This document shows positions 29,277-43,174 of a stretch of DNA of 64,000 nucleotides, in pieces. A program made the position numbers and the translations under genes. Location of the stretch: positions 24,304,001-24,368,000 of the forward strand of contig OZ024754.1 in NCBI GenBank assembly GCA_964016885.1, written 5' to 3'. Under the pieces are notes generated by a model. That model did not search any database. It had not been told where the DNA came from and worked only from the letters and a program-made list of their open reading frames with translations. This DNA is from Eledone cirrhosa. Taxonomy: Eukaryota. Each line of letters begins with the position of its first letter. The stretch's first letter is position 1.

Positions 29277-30917
29277 AAGAGAGAGAAAGAGAGAGAAAGA
29301 GATAGTGAGAGAGAGATAGAGAGAGAGATGGATAGCGAGAGAGAGAGAGAGAGAGGCAACTATAACAGTAGCAGAAGATGACAAAAACAAGAGTTAGGAG
29401 TGAGCCAGCAAGTGTCAATAAGGTGTGAAGTCGTACTTCAAGGGTTTGATTTATTTGATCGGCTCCGAAAGGTGAAGGGGACCACGGAAGGATTTGAAGT
29501 GAAAACTGAAAAAAAAAAAAAATCCGACGAATATGCAACTGTGTCGTGTTGACCTCCGTCGGTTGACACGACGAGCGTTGCAGAACGGCCTGCTCATGAC
29601 ATATGTGGATTCCACAAGTATAGCACTAATATAGTTCTCAGAGAGATTGAGCGTGATAGAGTGTGTGACAAGGCTGGGCCTTTTAAATACAATGTGGGAA
29701 GGTTGGCCCTTTTAAATACAGTGTGTGGGAAGGTTGGCCCTTTTAAATAAGGTCTGTGACAAGGCTAAAGAACACAACACGCAACCCAGCACAGGAATCG
29801 AACCCACGACATTATGATCGTAAGTCCCACGCGCCTCCGCATAGGAGGATTGATAAGGCTGACCCTTTTAAATACAGTGTGTGACAAGGTTGGCCCTTTT
29901 ATATATAGTATGTGACAAAGCTGCCCTTTGAAATACATATGCAACTCATACAACAATGAACAAGTGTGAGCACACCTCACACCAGTTTCATCGTTCACTG
30001 TATATCAAATAGATCCAGCTGACGACACGACTGTATCTCAAGACTCGAGATCTGGGCTGTAACGACTAACCCTCATGTTTTTCTTCAAAATTATATCTTC
30101 TAATTATTTAAAAAAAATGTAATCTGGCACTCTTCTTCTCATCGAGTCGCTACACCACACCCTTCCAATATTGCGCACAAAGCCTTTTCCGGTGTGTTAA
30201 GGTTTCAAGGTCGCTAAGCGTGCATGAATCTTCAAGATTGGGGCAAACTAGAAGGTACTCCATAGTTTGTAATTTCTCGCATTGGCAGTTGGAATCATCT
30301 TCCACTGAAAGTGCGAGGCTTATTGATTAAGCTGTTCAGCTAATCGTGGTAATATGGTGACATAGAATCACGGTAACTCGCTGTATCCTCGAGCAAGATA
30401 CTCTATTCATGTTGCTCCATCCCATTCAGCTTTTAAAAAAATGACTTGTGCTGTGTCACGCGGAATCTCCCTGAGAACTATGGTAAAAGTACGCGTGTCC
30501 GTGGAATACTTTGTTCCTTGCACGTTAATTTCATGGGCAGGCTGTTCCGTTGATCGGAACAACTGGAACACTCGCCGTCGTAACTGACGGAGTGCCAAAG
30601 AAATATGTGCTCTTGGGGCTAATAAACAAGAAAGTTATTATTTTCATAAATAACAAATAATTATACCTCACATTAACATGTGTTTGACTTGAAACATCGT
30701 CGGAGCCGACCTCCATTGTTTAGGTTGATTCAATCAACGGAATAGACTGTTCGTGAAATCAACGTGCAAGTGTATTATAGCTACACAACTCATTTTTGCT
30801 AGCAACGGGAAATAGAGTATCTTACATAAGGAGACAACACACCGCCAGATATCGAACACACAACCTTCAATCGTGACTTGAACACACTAACCTCTAAGTC
30901 ACGAGTCACCAATAATA

Positions 30918-31330
30918 ATGATTTCTACTATAGGCACAAGGCCAGCAATTTTGGGAGAGGGGAAAGTTGATTAAATCGATCCCAGTGCATTACTGGTGCT
31001 TTATTTTATCGACCTCGTAAGGGTGAAAGGCAAAGCTAACCTCGGCGGGATTGAAACTCAGAACGTAAAGGACCGTAACTCTGTGCTGCTGATGTTTGAT
31101 TGACAGAATTGATAGAGTTTCCGATAAAATGTTTGTCTTTTTCCCGCTAATTATTCTGGCGTTTTTACTTTCTGAGTTTAAATCCCGACGAGGTCAACTT
31201 TGCCTTTCATCCTTCTGAAATCAATAAAATAATAAAATAAAATGCTAGTCAAGTATTGGGTTCGATATAATCGACTTCCCACCCCTCTCCTTTAATTGCT
31301 GGCCTTGTGTCTAAATTAGAAACTATTATT
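30918..31330. mobile_element. Two family-A SINEs in divergent orientation (30918-31085 minus; ~31095-31330 plus)
   Basis: Both contain the B box, the core and the 3' ggccttgtg motif. Confidence 0.85.
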
Positions 31331-32033
31331 ACTATCATTTATATATTTGTTTTGTAATGTTTTTTGGCTAGATAAAGTCGTTACATGCTTACCGAAGCGT
31401 GCTAAAGCTTTGAAGCTCTAATTATTGAGTTATTCCCTTAAAAGTGCTAATATTATCAGCTAATGCTTAATTGGACTGCTTCCGTAAAGTGATCCTTCAC
31501 AGTCACATTTCTTTAATCTCCCTTCCACTCCATATCACACTCCTTCACTCCATTCAAATAATAAACTCCACTCAGCTTCGCTCAATAATAACAACTTCTT
31601 TCCTATCTGTTGTGCTGGTTGGTTTCCTAATTTCAGAAACACACACACACACACACACACACACATATGCACATCAACATACAATGATTAAAAGTACATA
31701 TACAGACGATTACGCACATGCATACAGCACATATATGTATGTGTATGTGCACACACACACACATATATATCAATGTATATCTATCTATCTATCTATTTAA
31801 CTTTGTTTTTTAGTTATTGTAGTGATAAGTGTATATGAGGGCTAATATTACTATCATTGTTTTAAATGACAAGAAGGGCATTTTGTTAGTATACACACAC
31901 ACACACACATAAGTGTGTGTATTTATATGTGCATATGCATATATATATTCATTTTATTAAGACTACTTAATAAAATGAATACTTAAACTCTACTTCGGTA
32001 TCGAGTTCTCTTTTCTCTCAGCCGTCAACCACA

Positions 32034-32090
<57 letters not shown>

Positions 32091-33088
32091 TTTTAAAAAA
32101 GGGGGATAAAGTTCCAAAACAAATCGGTAAAAATGAAAAATGAAAAATGAAAAACCCAGGGATATATTTAAAGAATATTTTTCTCTTTAATCCGAGGGAA
32201 TAAATATTTTCATAATTTTTACATTAAGTGGATTTAAGTTTTATTAAATATTACTTGAGCGGGAGAGACCTTGTATATATTTATCATCCTACAGTCTAAT
32301 AATTGGTATTAAATAATTTACACTACTACACGCTTAAATTTTTTGAGACGACATAAAGATGGACAGATATAAGAGTATTTAGAATGTTGTTCTAGAAGAA
32401 GCAAGCAGAGTATATTTCAAATATTGAACCTATTTCCTGCTTTTATACATTCATCCTATTGTTTACCTGTCATAGATTTGTTTCGATTGGTATGTCAATC
32501 TTTTCAATTATTAAATTTTATTTTTTAATATGTTTATGTTTGAATGTTTTTATGTGTGAGTGTGCCATGTGGTTTATGTCCCGTAACAGTAATTCGACTA
32601 AAACCGATAATTCGAGAAACCGATAAAATAAGTACCAAACTTTAAAAAAAAAAAGTTTTGGGGTTGATATGATCAACTTAATGAAGACGGTGCCACAGTT
32701 TGGCCGCAGTCTACAGACTGAAACAAATAAAACAACAACAATAACAATAAAACAATACATATTAGATAAAGTTGTCAGAAATAAACAGATAAGTTGATTA
32801 TTTTAGTGTTCACCTCGACAATAACAACTCTACTTCGACAATACAACGACAATACAACGACAATACAACGACAATAACAACTACTACAACAACTACAACT
32901 ACAACATGTTAGACAAACGATGACCTGGACCCAGGGTTGGTGCTAACATTATTTTGCTCCACCTAGGCAAGGTAAACTACTTCCAGACCCACTTGCACAC
33001 TTCGATTTTTCGAAAACAAATTTAGTTCGGTACTGTCCGATAAGTGCGCCCTAGTCCACCTCATGGACGTAGCGGTCGTGTTTTGGAG

Positions 33089-33441
33089 TTAACCCTTTAG
33101 CATTTAAACTGACTGTATCTGGCCAGAATTCTCTCACCTCTTTCTGTTCAAACCGGCTGTAACTGGTCACTCATACTGGTTTTGAGGTATTATTCTCAAA
33201 ATAAATAATATAAAAATCTCATAGTTCAATATTGTTTCTACTTTTTGGCACAAGGCCAGCAATTATCCAGTGTATTACTGGTACTTTATTTTATCGACCC
33301 CGTAAGGATGAAAGGCAAAGTCAACCTCGGCGGGATTTGAACTCAGATCGTAAATATTTCAATATTGTGAGATAATTATGTGAAGTAAAGACTTTAATGT
33401 GAAAATACAATAGTAAATAAAGTAATGTAAATGCTAATGGT

Positions 33442-33444
<3 letters not shown>
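33089..33444. mobile_element. piggyBac-like MITE (TTAA TSD) interrupted by a 5'-truncated family-A SINE (33230-33354, minus)
   Basis: ttaa-ccctttagcattta ... taaatgctaatgg-ttaa. The SINE is flanked by ttcaatattgt at 33225-33235 and 33358-33368. Confidence 0.7.
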
Positions 33445-33472
<28 letters not shown>

Positions 33473-34601
33473 TAACAACAGCAAGCAGTATTTACTTTAT
33501 AATGTTCAAAATAGTCGACTAAACATTTAGTAGTAATAAAAATATACTTAACAAATCCGAGTTAATTCTATTGCAGACGGAATATCTTCGACATGTTCTC
33601 GTTAGACGAAGGTTCAGTTTTGCTAAGAATTACTATACTGAACTTTCCACGTTCCCCCTTTTTTCCCCTTCTCCTTCTCCTCATAAGATACTAATTGGCA
33701 AAGCTTAGCGATGCGACAAACATTCTGTATCACCTACTGTGGATGGAACAAAATTACCTAGAAGGAATAAGGAATACCTTCCTACTTAAAATAAATAAAT
33801 AAATAAATAACAACAGCAACAGCAGCACATCAGCTGAAGCTACCTAAGTAGGAATTGTACAACCTCTTTATAACAGGAGGCATCTTACCTCCACCCGATC
33901 CCTTTCCATAAGGGCGTAAATAATAGGGGAAAAAATTTGTCACTTCATATTTAGAAAGTCAAATAAATACTAATTAAGGATTGGATGATTTCTACATTTT
34001 AGTGATATCTCTTGTTTTATTTAAAAATGAAGGCAGAGTAGAGATGACGCTAGAGGACGGATGTGGGTAGAAGACAGATGAAGGCAGAAGAAAGATGAAG
34101 GCAGAGAATGTATAAGGGCAGAGGGCGTATGAGGACAGAGGACAGATAAAGGATAAATAGAACAACGGATCCTTTGAGCGTTCACTTTGACGCTTGATTT
34201 ATGGGTTCTTCCTTGTTTGTTTGTTTGTTTTTTCTCTTTCGATTTACTTTTTGTTTATTTTCCCTTTCGGTTTGTTAATTAATAATTTCCATCGAATTGT
34301 GAACACCGTAGAGGAAGGAAGTGACAAGCGGCCGTCCAGCCGAATCCGTGACCTAGTTCTTATTTCCGGCCGAAGCCTCTTCAATTTCCTTACGTTGCTA
34401 ATGCCTTTCAGAACGGCATGAATGCCGTATAGTCACATTTCTTCTCCTTCCCCTTACAATTAATCCGAGATCGTGTGTCTCTATAAGCAAACAATTAATA
34501 ACAATACATTGTCAATCGGTGCAGAATAAAGTTTAGCTTCTGGCAGGCCAAGTTCGAGATTTAGCGCGGCAGTTCGGTATTTCACTCCATTATATTTCAA
34601 A

Positions 34602-34790
34602 GGGCGGTGGATTGGCAATATCAGTAGAGGGTCGGACGCCATGCTTTCCAGCATAGTTACGTCCCTTTACGATCTGAGTTCAAATCCCGCCGAGGTTGAC
34701 TTTGCCTTTCATCCTTACGGGGTCGATAAAATAAAGTACCAGTAATGCACTGGGTAATTGCTGGCCTTGTACCTAAAGTATAGACAATTA
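34602..34790 (+). mobile_element. Full-length SINE family A with 13-bp TSD
   Basis: TSD attatatttcaaa at 34589-34601 and 34787-34799. Confidence 0.93.
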
Positions 34791-35109
34791 TATTTCAAAT
34801 CTAATATTTCCTTACCACTCTTTAAAATTCTTTGTTGTTCTAAATATGTAAGAAACAATTCAGGGTCGTAGTTTGTTATGGTAAACGTACTTCTCCGCAC
34901 CTCACCCCGTCATACAATCACCTACTCCAGTTCTATCTTTCCTTCTATCTGTCTGCCTGCCTGCCTGCCTGCCCCCCTCTCTCTCTCTCTCTCTCTCTAA
35001 TATATATATATAGCAAATCGTACTTTTTATTATTATTAGTGAACAGTATTTACTTTATAATGTTCAAAATAGTCGCTCTGAATATACGCTTGTAGTTTGA
35101 GGAATGGAA

Positions 35110-35800
35110 AAAATTGAGAGGGCGCTTGCCCTGCTGGTCAGGGTGGCCGTGGTCTTTTGTGTGGTTTTCGCCACGAGTAACCCTCGGAGGTTTCCCCCCT
35201 ATTGGGGAATTTTTCATTGTTTAAATTTTCATTTTTATTGTTTATATATATATATATATATATGCTTCTATGTCTTTTTTTCTTTTTCGTTACATATATA
35301 AATAATAAAAATCTTTACACGCACAAAACCCACATCGTACCGTCCTGTCCCGTCATGTGCAGTCTGTAATGTTTTCTTGGTGTCAGCCCTTGTGGCCAAT
35401 AAAGAAATTAGAGAGGCAAGAATGGCCCGAGTGAATGGGCCTACTCTGAGTATGTGTCTGTAAATTAAAGGTGGAAAACTGGGAGAGGGCACTTGCCCTG
35501 GTGGTCAGGGTCACTGTGGCTTTTTAATGGGCTTTCTCCACGAATGTCCTTCGGAAGTCTCCCCCGTATTGGGGAATTTTTCATTGTTATTATTTTGTTA
35601 CATCCTCTGGTTTTGTTTTTTACACGCAGAAATGCCCATTTGTACCGTCCTGTAATAATAATAATAATAATAATAATACTTTCTTTATTAACCACAAGGG
35701 TTTACATAAAGTAGACATTAAGGACAGTACAGGACAATAGTCATATACTGTCCTTAATGTCTACTTTATGTAAACCCTTGTGGTTAATAAAGAAAGTATT

Positions 35801-35816
<16 letters not shown>
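35110..35816 (+). mobile_element. Two tandem LINE 3' ends (possibly L1/Tx1 clade); the second carries an inverted duplicate of its own terminus
   Basis: gagagggc.cttgccctg.tggtcagggt...tattggggaatttttcattgtt...cccttgtgg..aataaagaaa occurs twice. ORF end ARMARVNGPTLSMCL* at ~35415-35463. Another copy lies at 63885-64000 (minus). Confidence 0.65.
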
Positions 35817-35846
<30 letters not shown>

Positions 35847-35896
35847 ATGAGTAGAATACTCAGTATTTGTCTCTCAACAGTTCTGCTCTATTAGTT

Positions 35897-35934
<38 letters not shown>

Positions 35935-35980
35935 AGATCAAAAGATGGTTAAAAAAACTCACCTCCTACATATATATATA

Positions 35981-38900
35981 TATATATGTGAATATAGACA
36001 TAGAATATTCGAAAATATTCTGTATGTTTATAATAAACATTTTGAAGACCTAATCGCTATAGAATAGAATACGTCACGTATTACAATTAGATTCTCGATA
36101 AAAGCAAGGGAAGTAATCTACGCGTTTCATTCTTGTTAGAAATCATCAGGACTACATATCCAGTGCTTTTATCGAGAATGACACAGCTAGAGACTTATAG
36201 AATACTTAGCTGTGTACAGGAACTGGTTTGAAAGAGCGGTTGCCGGTCCGGCAGAAATTAGAAATTGGAATAAATGCTCTGAAATAGCGATATATATGTG
36301 AATATAGACATAGAATATTCGAAAATATTCTGTATGTTTATAATAAACATTTTGAAGACCTAATCGCTATAGAATAGAATACGTCACGTATTACAATTAG
36401 ATTCTCGATAAAAGCAAGGGAAGTAATCTACGCGTTTCATTCTTGTTAGAAATCATCAGGACTACATATCCAGTGCTTTTATCGAGAATGACACAGCTAG
36501 AGACTTATAGAATACTTAGCTGTGTACAGGAACTGGTTTGAAAGAGCGGTTGCCGGTCCGGCAGAAATTAGAAATTGGAATAAATGCTCTGAAATAGCGA
36601 TATATATGTGAATATAGACATAGAATATTCGAAAATATTCTGTATGTTTATAATAAACATTTTGAAGACCTAATCGCTATAGAATAGAATACGTCACGTA
36701 TTACAATTAGATTCTCGATAAAAGCAAGGGAAGTAATCTACGCGTTTCATTCTTGTTAGAAATCATCAGGACTACATATCCAGTGCTTTTATCGAGAATG
36801 ACACAGCTAGAGACTTATAGAATACTTAGCTGTGTACAGCAACTGGTTTGAAAGAGCGGTTGCCGGTCCGGCAGAAATTAGAAATTGGAATAAATGCTCT
36901 GAAATAGCGATATATATGTGAATATAGACATAGAATATTCGAAAATATTCTGTATGTTTATAATAAACATTTTGAAGACCTAATCGCTATAGAATAGAAT
37001 ACGTCACGTATTACAATTAGATTCTCGATAAAAGCAAGGGAAGTAATCTACGCGTTTCATTCTTGTTAGAAATCATCAGGACTACATATCCAGTGCTTTT
37101 ATCGAGAATGACACAGCTAGAGACTTATAGAATACTTAGCTGTGTACAGGAACTGGTTTGAAAGAGCGGTTGCCGGTCCGGCAGAAATTAGAAATTGGAA
37201 TAAATGCTCTGAAATAGCGATATATATGTGAATATAGACATAGAATATTCGAAAATATTCTGTATGTTTATAATAAACATTTTGAAGACCTAATCGCTAT
37301 AGAATAGAATACGTCACGTATTACAATTAGATTCTCGATAAAAGCAAGGGAAGTAATCTACGCGTTTCATTCTTGTTAGAAATCATCAGGACTACATATC
37401 CAGTGCTTTTATCGAGAATGACACAGCTAGAGACTTATAGAATACTTAGCTGTGTACAGGAACTGGTTTGAAAGAGCGGTTGCCGGTCCGGCAGAAATTA
37501 GAAATTGGAATAAATGCTCTGAAATAGCGATATATATGTGAATATAGACATAGAATATTCGAAAATATTCTGTATGTTTATAATAAACATTTTGAAGACC
37601 TAATCGCTATAGAATAGAATACGTCACGTATTACAATTAGATTCTCGATAAAAGCAAGGGAAGTAATCTACGCGTTTCATTCTTGTTAGAAATCATCAGG
37701 ACTACATATCCAGTGCTTTTATCGAGAATGACACAGCTAGAGACTTATAGAATACTTAGCTGTGTACAGGAACTGGTTTGAAAGAGCGGTTGCCGGTCCG
37801 GCAGAAATTAGAAATTGGAATAAATGCTCTGAAATAGCGATATATATGTGAATATAGACATAGAATATTCGAAAATATTCTGTATGTTTATAATAAACAT
37901 TTTGAAGACCTAATCGCTATAGAATAGAATACGTCACGTATTACAATTAGATTCTCGATAAAAGCAAGGGAAGTAATCTACGCGTTTCATTCTTGTTAGA
38001 AATCATCAGGACTACATATCCAGTGCTTTTATCGAGAATGACACAGCTAGAGACTTATAGAATACTTAGCTGTGTACAGGAACTGGTTTGAAAGAGCGGT
38101 TGCCGGTCCGGCAGAAATTAGAAATTGGAATAAATGCTCTGAAATAGCGATATATATGTGAATATAGACATAGAATATTCGAAAATATTCTGTATGTTTA
38201 TAATAAACATTTTGAAGACCTAATCGCTATAGAATAGAATACGTCACGTATTACAATTAGATTCTCGATAAAAGCAAGGGAAGTAATCTACGCGTTTCAT
38301 TCTTGTTAGAAATCATCAGGACTACATATCCAGTGCTTTTATCGAGAATGACACAGCTAGAGACTTATAGAATACTTAGCTGTGTACAGGAACTGGTTTG
38401 AAAGAGCGGTTGCCGGTCCGGCAGAAATTAGAAATTGGAATAAATGCTCTGAAATAGCGATATATATGTGAATATAGACATAGAATATTCGAAAATATTC
38501 TGTATGTTTATAATAAACATTTTGAAGACCTAATCGCTATAGAATAGAATACGTCACGTATTACAATTAGATTCTCGATAAAAGCAAGGGAAGTAATCTA
38601 CGCGTTTCATTCTTGTTAGAAATCATCAGGACTACATATCCAGTGCTTTTATCGAGAATGACACAGCTAGAGACTTATAGAATACTTAGCTGTGTACAGG
38701 AACTGGTTTGAAAGAGCGGTTGCCGGTCCGGCAGAAATTAGAAATTGGAATAAATGCTCTGAAATAGCGATATATATGTGAATATAGACATAGAATATTC
38801 GAAAATATTCTGTATGTTTATAATAAACATTTTGAAGACCTAATCGCTATAGAATAGAATACGTCACGTATTACAATTAGATTCTCGATAAAAGCAAGGG

Positions 38901-39184
38901 AAGTAATCTACGCGTTTCATTCTTGTTAGAAATCATCAGGACTACATATCCAGTGCTTTTATCGAGAATGACACAGCTAGAGACTTATAGAATACTTAGC
39001 TGTGTACAGGAACTGGTTTGAAAGAGCGGTTGCCGGTCCGGCAGAAATTAGAAATTGGAATAAATGCTCTGAAATAGCGATATATATGTGAATATAGACA
39101 TAGAATATTCGAAAATATTCTGTATGTTTATAATAAACATTTTGAAGACCTAATCGCTATAGAATAGAATACGTCACGTATTAC
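35981..39184 (-). repeat. Left arm of 310-bp hammerhead satellite (retrozyme-like): 10 full units plus a partial unit, ribozyme on minus strand
   Basis: Unit start tatatatgtgaatatagaca at 35981, 36291, 36601 ... 39081. First minus-strand HHR at 36113-36155. Confidence 0.97.
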
Positions 39185-42100
39185 CAGTTCCTGTACACAG
39201 CTAAGTATTCTATAAGTCTCTAGCTGTGTCATTCTCGATAAAAGCACTGGATATGTAGTCCTGATGATTTCTAACAAGAATGAAACGCGTAGATTACTTC
39301 CCTTGCTTTTATCGAGAATCTAATTGTAATACGTGACGTATTCTATTCTATAGCGATTAGGTCTTCAAAATGTTTATTATAAACATACAGAATATTTTCG
39401 AATATTCTATGTCTATATTCACATATATATCGCTATTTCAGAGCATTTATTCCAATTTCTAATTTCTGCCGGACCGGCAACCGCTCTTTCAAACCAGTTC
39501 CTGTACACAGCTAAGTATTCTATAAGTCTCTAGCTGTGTCATTCTCGATAAAAGCACTGGATATGTAGTCCTGATGATTTCTAACAAGAATGAAACGCGT
39601 AGATTACTTCCCTTGCTTTTATCGAGAATCTAATTGTAATACGTGACGTATTCTATTCTATAGCGATTAGGTCTTCTAAATGTTTATTATAAACATACAG
39701 AATATTTTCGAATATTCTATGTCTATATTCACATATATATCGCTATTTCAGAGCATTTATTCCAATTTCTAATTTCTGCCGGACCGGCAACCGCTCTTTC
39801 AAACCAGTTCCTGTACACAGCTAAGTATTCTATAAGTCTCTAGCTGTGTCATTCTCGATAAAAGCACTGGATATGTAGTCCTGATGATTTCTAACAAGAA
39901 TGAAACGCGTAGATTACTTCCCTTGCTTTTATCGAGAATCTAATTGTAATACGTGACGTATTCTATTCTATAGCGATTAGGTCTTCAAAATGTTTATTAT
40001 AAACATACAGAATATTTTCGAATATTCTATGTCTATATTCACATATATATCGCTATTTCAGAGCATTTATTCCAATTTCTAATTTCTGCCGGACCGGCAA
40101 CCGCTCTTTCAAACCAGTTCCTGTGCACAGCTAAGTATTCTATAAGTCTCTAGCTGTGTCATTCTCGATAAAAGCACTGGATATGTAGTCCTGATGATTT
40201 CTAACAAGAATGAAACGCGTAGATTACTTCCCTTGCTTTTATCGAGAATCTAATTGTAATACGTGACGTATTCTATTCTATAGCGATTAGGTCTTCAAAA
40301 TGTTTATTATAAACATACAGAATATTTTCGAATATTCTATGTCTATATTCACATATATATCGCTATTTCAGAGCATTTATTCCAATTTCTAATTTCTGCC
40401 GGACCGGCAACCGCTCTTTCAAACCAGTTCCTGTACACAGCTAAGTATTCTATAAGTCTCTAGCTGTGTCATTCTCGATAAAAGCACTGGATATGTAGTC
40501 CTGATGATTTCTAACAAGAATGAAACGCGTAGATTACTTCCCTTGCTTTTATCGAGAATCTAATTGTAATACGTGACGTATTCTATTCTATAGCGATTAG
40601 GTCTTCAAAATGTTTATTATAAACATACAGAATATTTTCGAATATTCTATGTCTATATTCACATATATATCGCTATTTCAGAGCATTTATTCCAATTTCT
40701 AATTTCTGCCGGACCGGCAACCGCTCTTTCAAACCAGTTCCTGTACACAGCTAAGTATTCTATAAGTCTCTAGCTGTGTCATTCTCGATAAAAGCACTGG
40801 ATATGTAGTCCTGATGATTTTTAACAAGAATGAAACGCGTAGATTACTTCCCTTGCTTTTATCGAGAATCTAATTGTAATACGTGACGTATTCTATTCTA
40901 TAGCGATTAGGTCTTCAAAATGTTTATTATAAACATACAGAATATTTTCGAATATTCTATGTCTATATTCACATATATATCGCTATTTCAGAGCATTTAT
41001 TCCAATTTCTAATTTCTGCCGGACCGGCAACCGCTCTTTCAAACCAGTTCCTGTACACAGCTAAGTATTCTATAAGTCTCTAGCTGTGTCATTCTCGATA
41101 AAAGCACTGGATATGTAGTCCTGATGATTTCTAACAAGAATGAAACGCGTAGATTACTTCCCTTGCTTTTATCGAGAATCTAATTGTAATACGTGACGTA
41201 TTCTATTCTATAGCGATTAGGTCTTCAAAATGTTTATTATAAACATACAGAATATTTTCGAATATTCTATGTCTATATTCACATATATATCGCTATTTCA
41301 GAGCATTTATTCCAATTTCTAATTTCTGCCGGACCGGCAACCGCTCTTTCAAACCAGTTCCTGTACACAGCTAAGTATTCTATAAGTCTCTAGCTGTGTC
41401 ATTCTCGATAAAAGCACTGGATATGTAGTCCTGATGATTTCTAACAAGAATGAAACGCGTAGATTACTTCCCTTGCTTTTATCGAGAATCTAATTGTAAT
41501 ACGTGACGTATTCTATTCTGTAGCGATTAGGTCTTCAAAATGTTTATTATAAACATACAGAATATTTTCGAATATTCTATGTCTATATTCACATATATAT
41601 CGCTATTTCAGAGCATTTATTCCAATTTCTAATTTCTGCCGGACCGGCAACCGCTCTTTCAAACCAGTTCCTGTACACAGCTAAGTATTCTATAAGTCTC
41701 TAGCTGTGTCATTCTCGATAAAAGCACTGGATATGTAGTCCTGATGATTTCTAACAAGAATGAAACGCGTAGATTACTTCCCTTGCTTTTATCGAGAATC
41801 TAATTGTAATACGTGACGTATTCTATTCTATAGCGATTAGGTCTTCAAAATGTTTATTATAAACATACAGAATATTTTCGAATATTCTATGTCTATATTC
41901 ACATATATATCGCTATTTCAGAGCATTTATTCCAATTTCTAATTTCTGCCGGACCGGCAACCGCTCTTTCAAACCAGTTCCTGTACACAGCTAAGTATTC
42001 TATAAGTCTCTAGCTGTGTCATTCTCGATAAAAGCACTGGATATGTAGTCCTGATGATTTCTAACAAGAATGAAACGCGTAGATTACTTCCCTTGCTTTT

Positions 42101-43174
42101 ATCGAGAATCTAATTGTAATACGTGACGTATTCTATTCTATAGCGATTAGGTCTTCAAAATGTTTATTATAAACATACAGAATATTTTCGAATATTCTAT
42201 GTCTATATTCACATATATATCGCTATTTCAGAGCATTTATTCCAATTTCTAATTTCTGCCGGACCGGCAACCGCTCTTTCAAACCAGTTCCTGTACACAG
42301 CTAAGTATTCTATAAGTCTCTAGCTGTGTCATTCTCGATAAAAGCACTGGATATGTAGTCCTGATGATTTCTAACAAGAATGAAACGCGTAGATTACTTC
42401 CCTTGCTTTTATCGAGAATCTAATTGTAATACGTGACGTATTCTATTCTATAGCGATTAGGTCTTCAAAATGTTTATTATAAACATACAGAATATTTTCG
42501 AATATTCTATGTCTATATTCACATATATATCGCTATTTCAGAGCATTTATTCCAATTTCTAATTTCTGCCGGACCGGCAACCGCTCTTTCAAACCAGTTC
42601 CTGTACACAGCTAAGTATTCTATAAGTCTCTAGCTGTGTCATTCTCGATAAAAGCACTGGATATGTAGTCCTGATGATTTCTAACAAGAATGAAACGCGT
42701 AGATTACTTCCCTTGCTTTTATCGAGAATCTAATTGTAATACGTGACGTATTCTATTCTATAGCGATTAGGTCTTCAAAATGTTTATTATAAACATACAG
42801 AATATTTTCGAATATTCTATGTCTATATTCACATATATATCGCTATTTCAGAGCATTTATTCCAATTTCTAATTTCTGCCGGACCGGCAACCGCTCTTTC
42901 AAACCAGTTCCTGTACACAGCTAAGTATTCTATAAGTCTCTAGCTGTGTCATTCTCGATAAAAGCACTGGATATGTAGTCCTGATGATTTCTAACAAGAA
43001 TGAAACGCGTAGATTACTTCCCTTGCTTTTATCGAGAATCTAATTGTAATACGTGACGTATTCTATTCTATAGCGATTAGGTCTTCAAAATGTTTATTAT
43101 AAACATACAGAATATTTTCGAATATTCTATGTCTATATTCACATATATATCGCTATTTCAGAGCATTTATTCCA

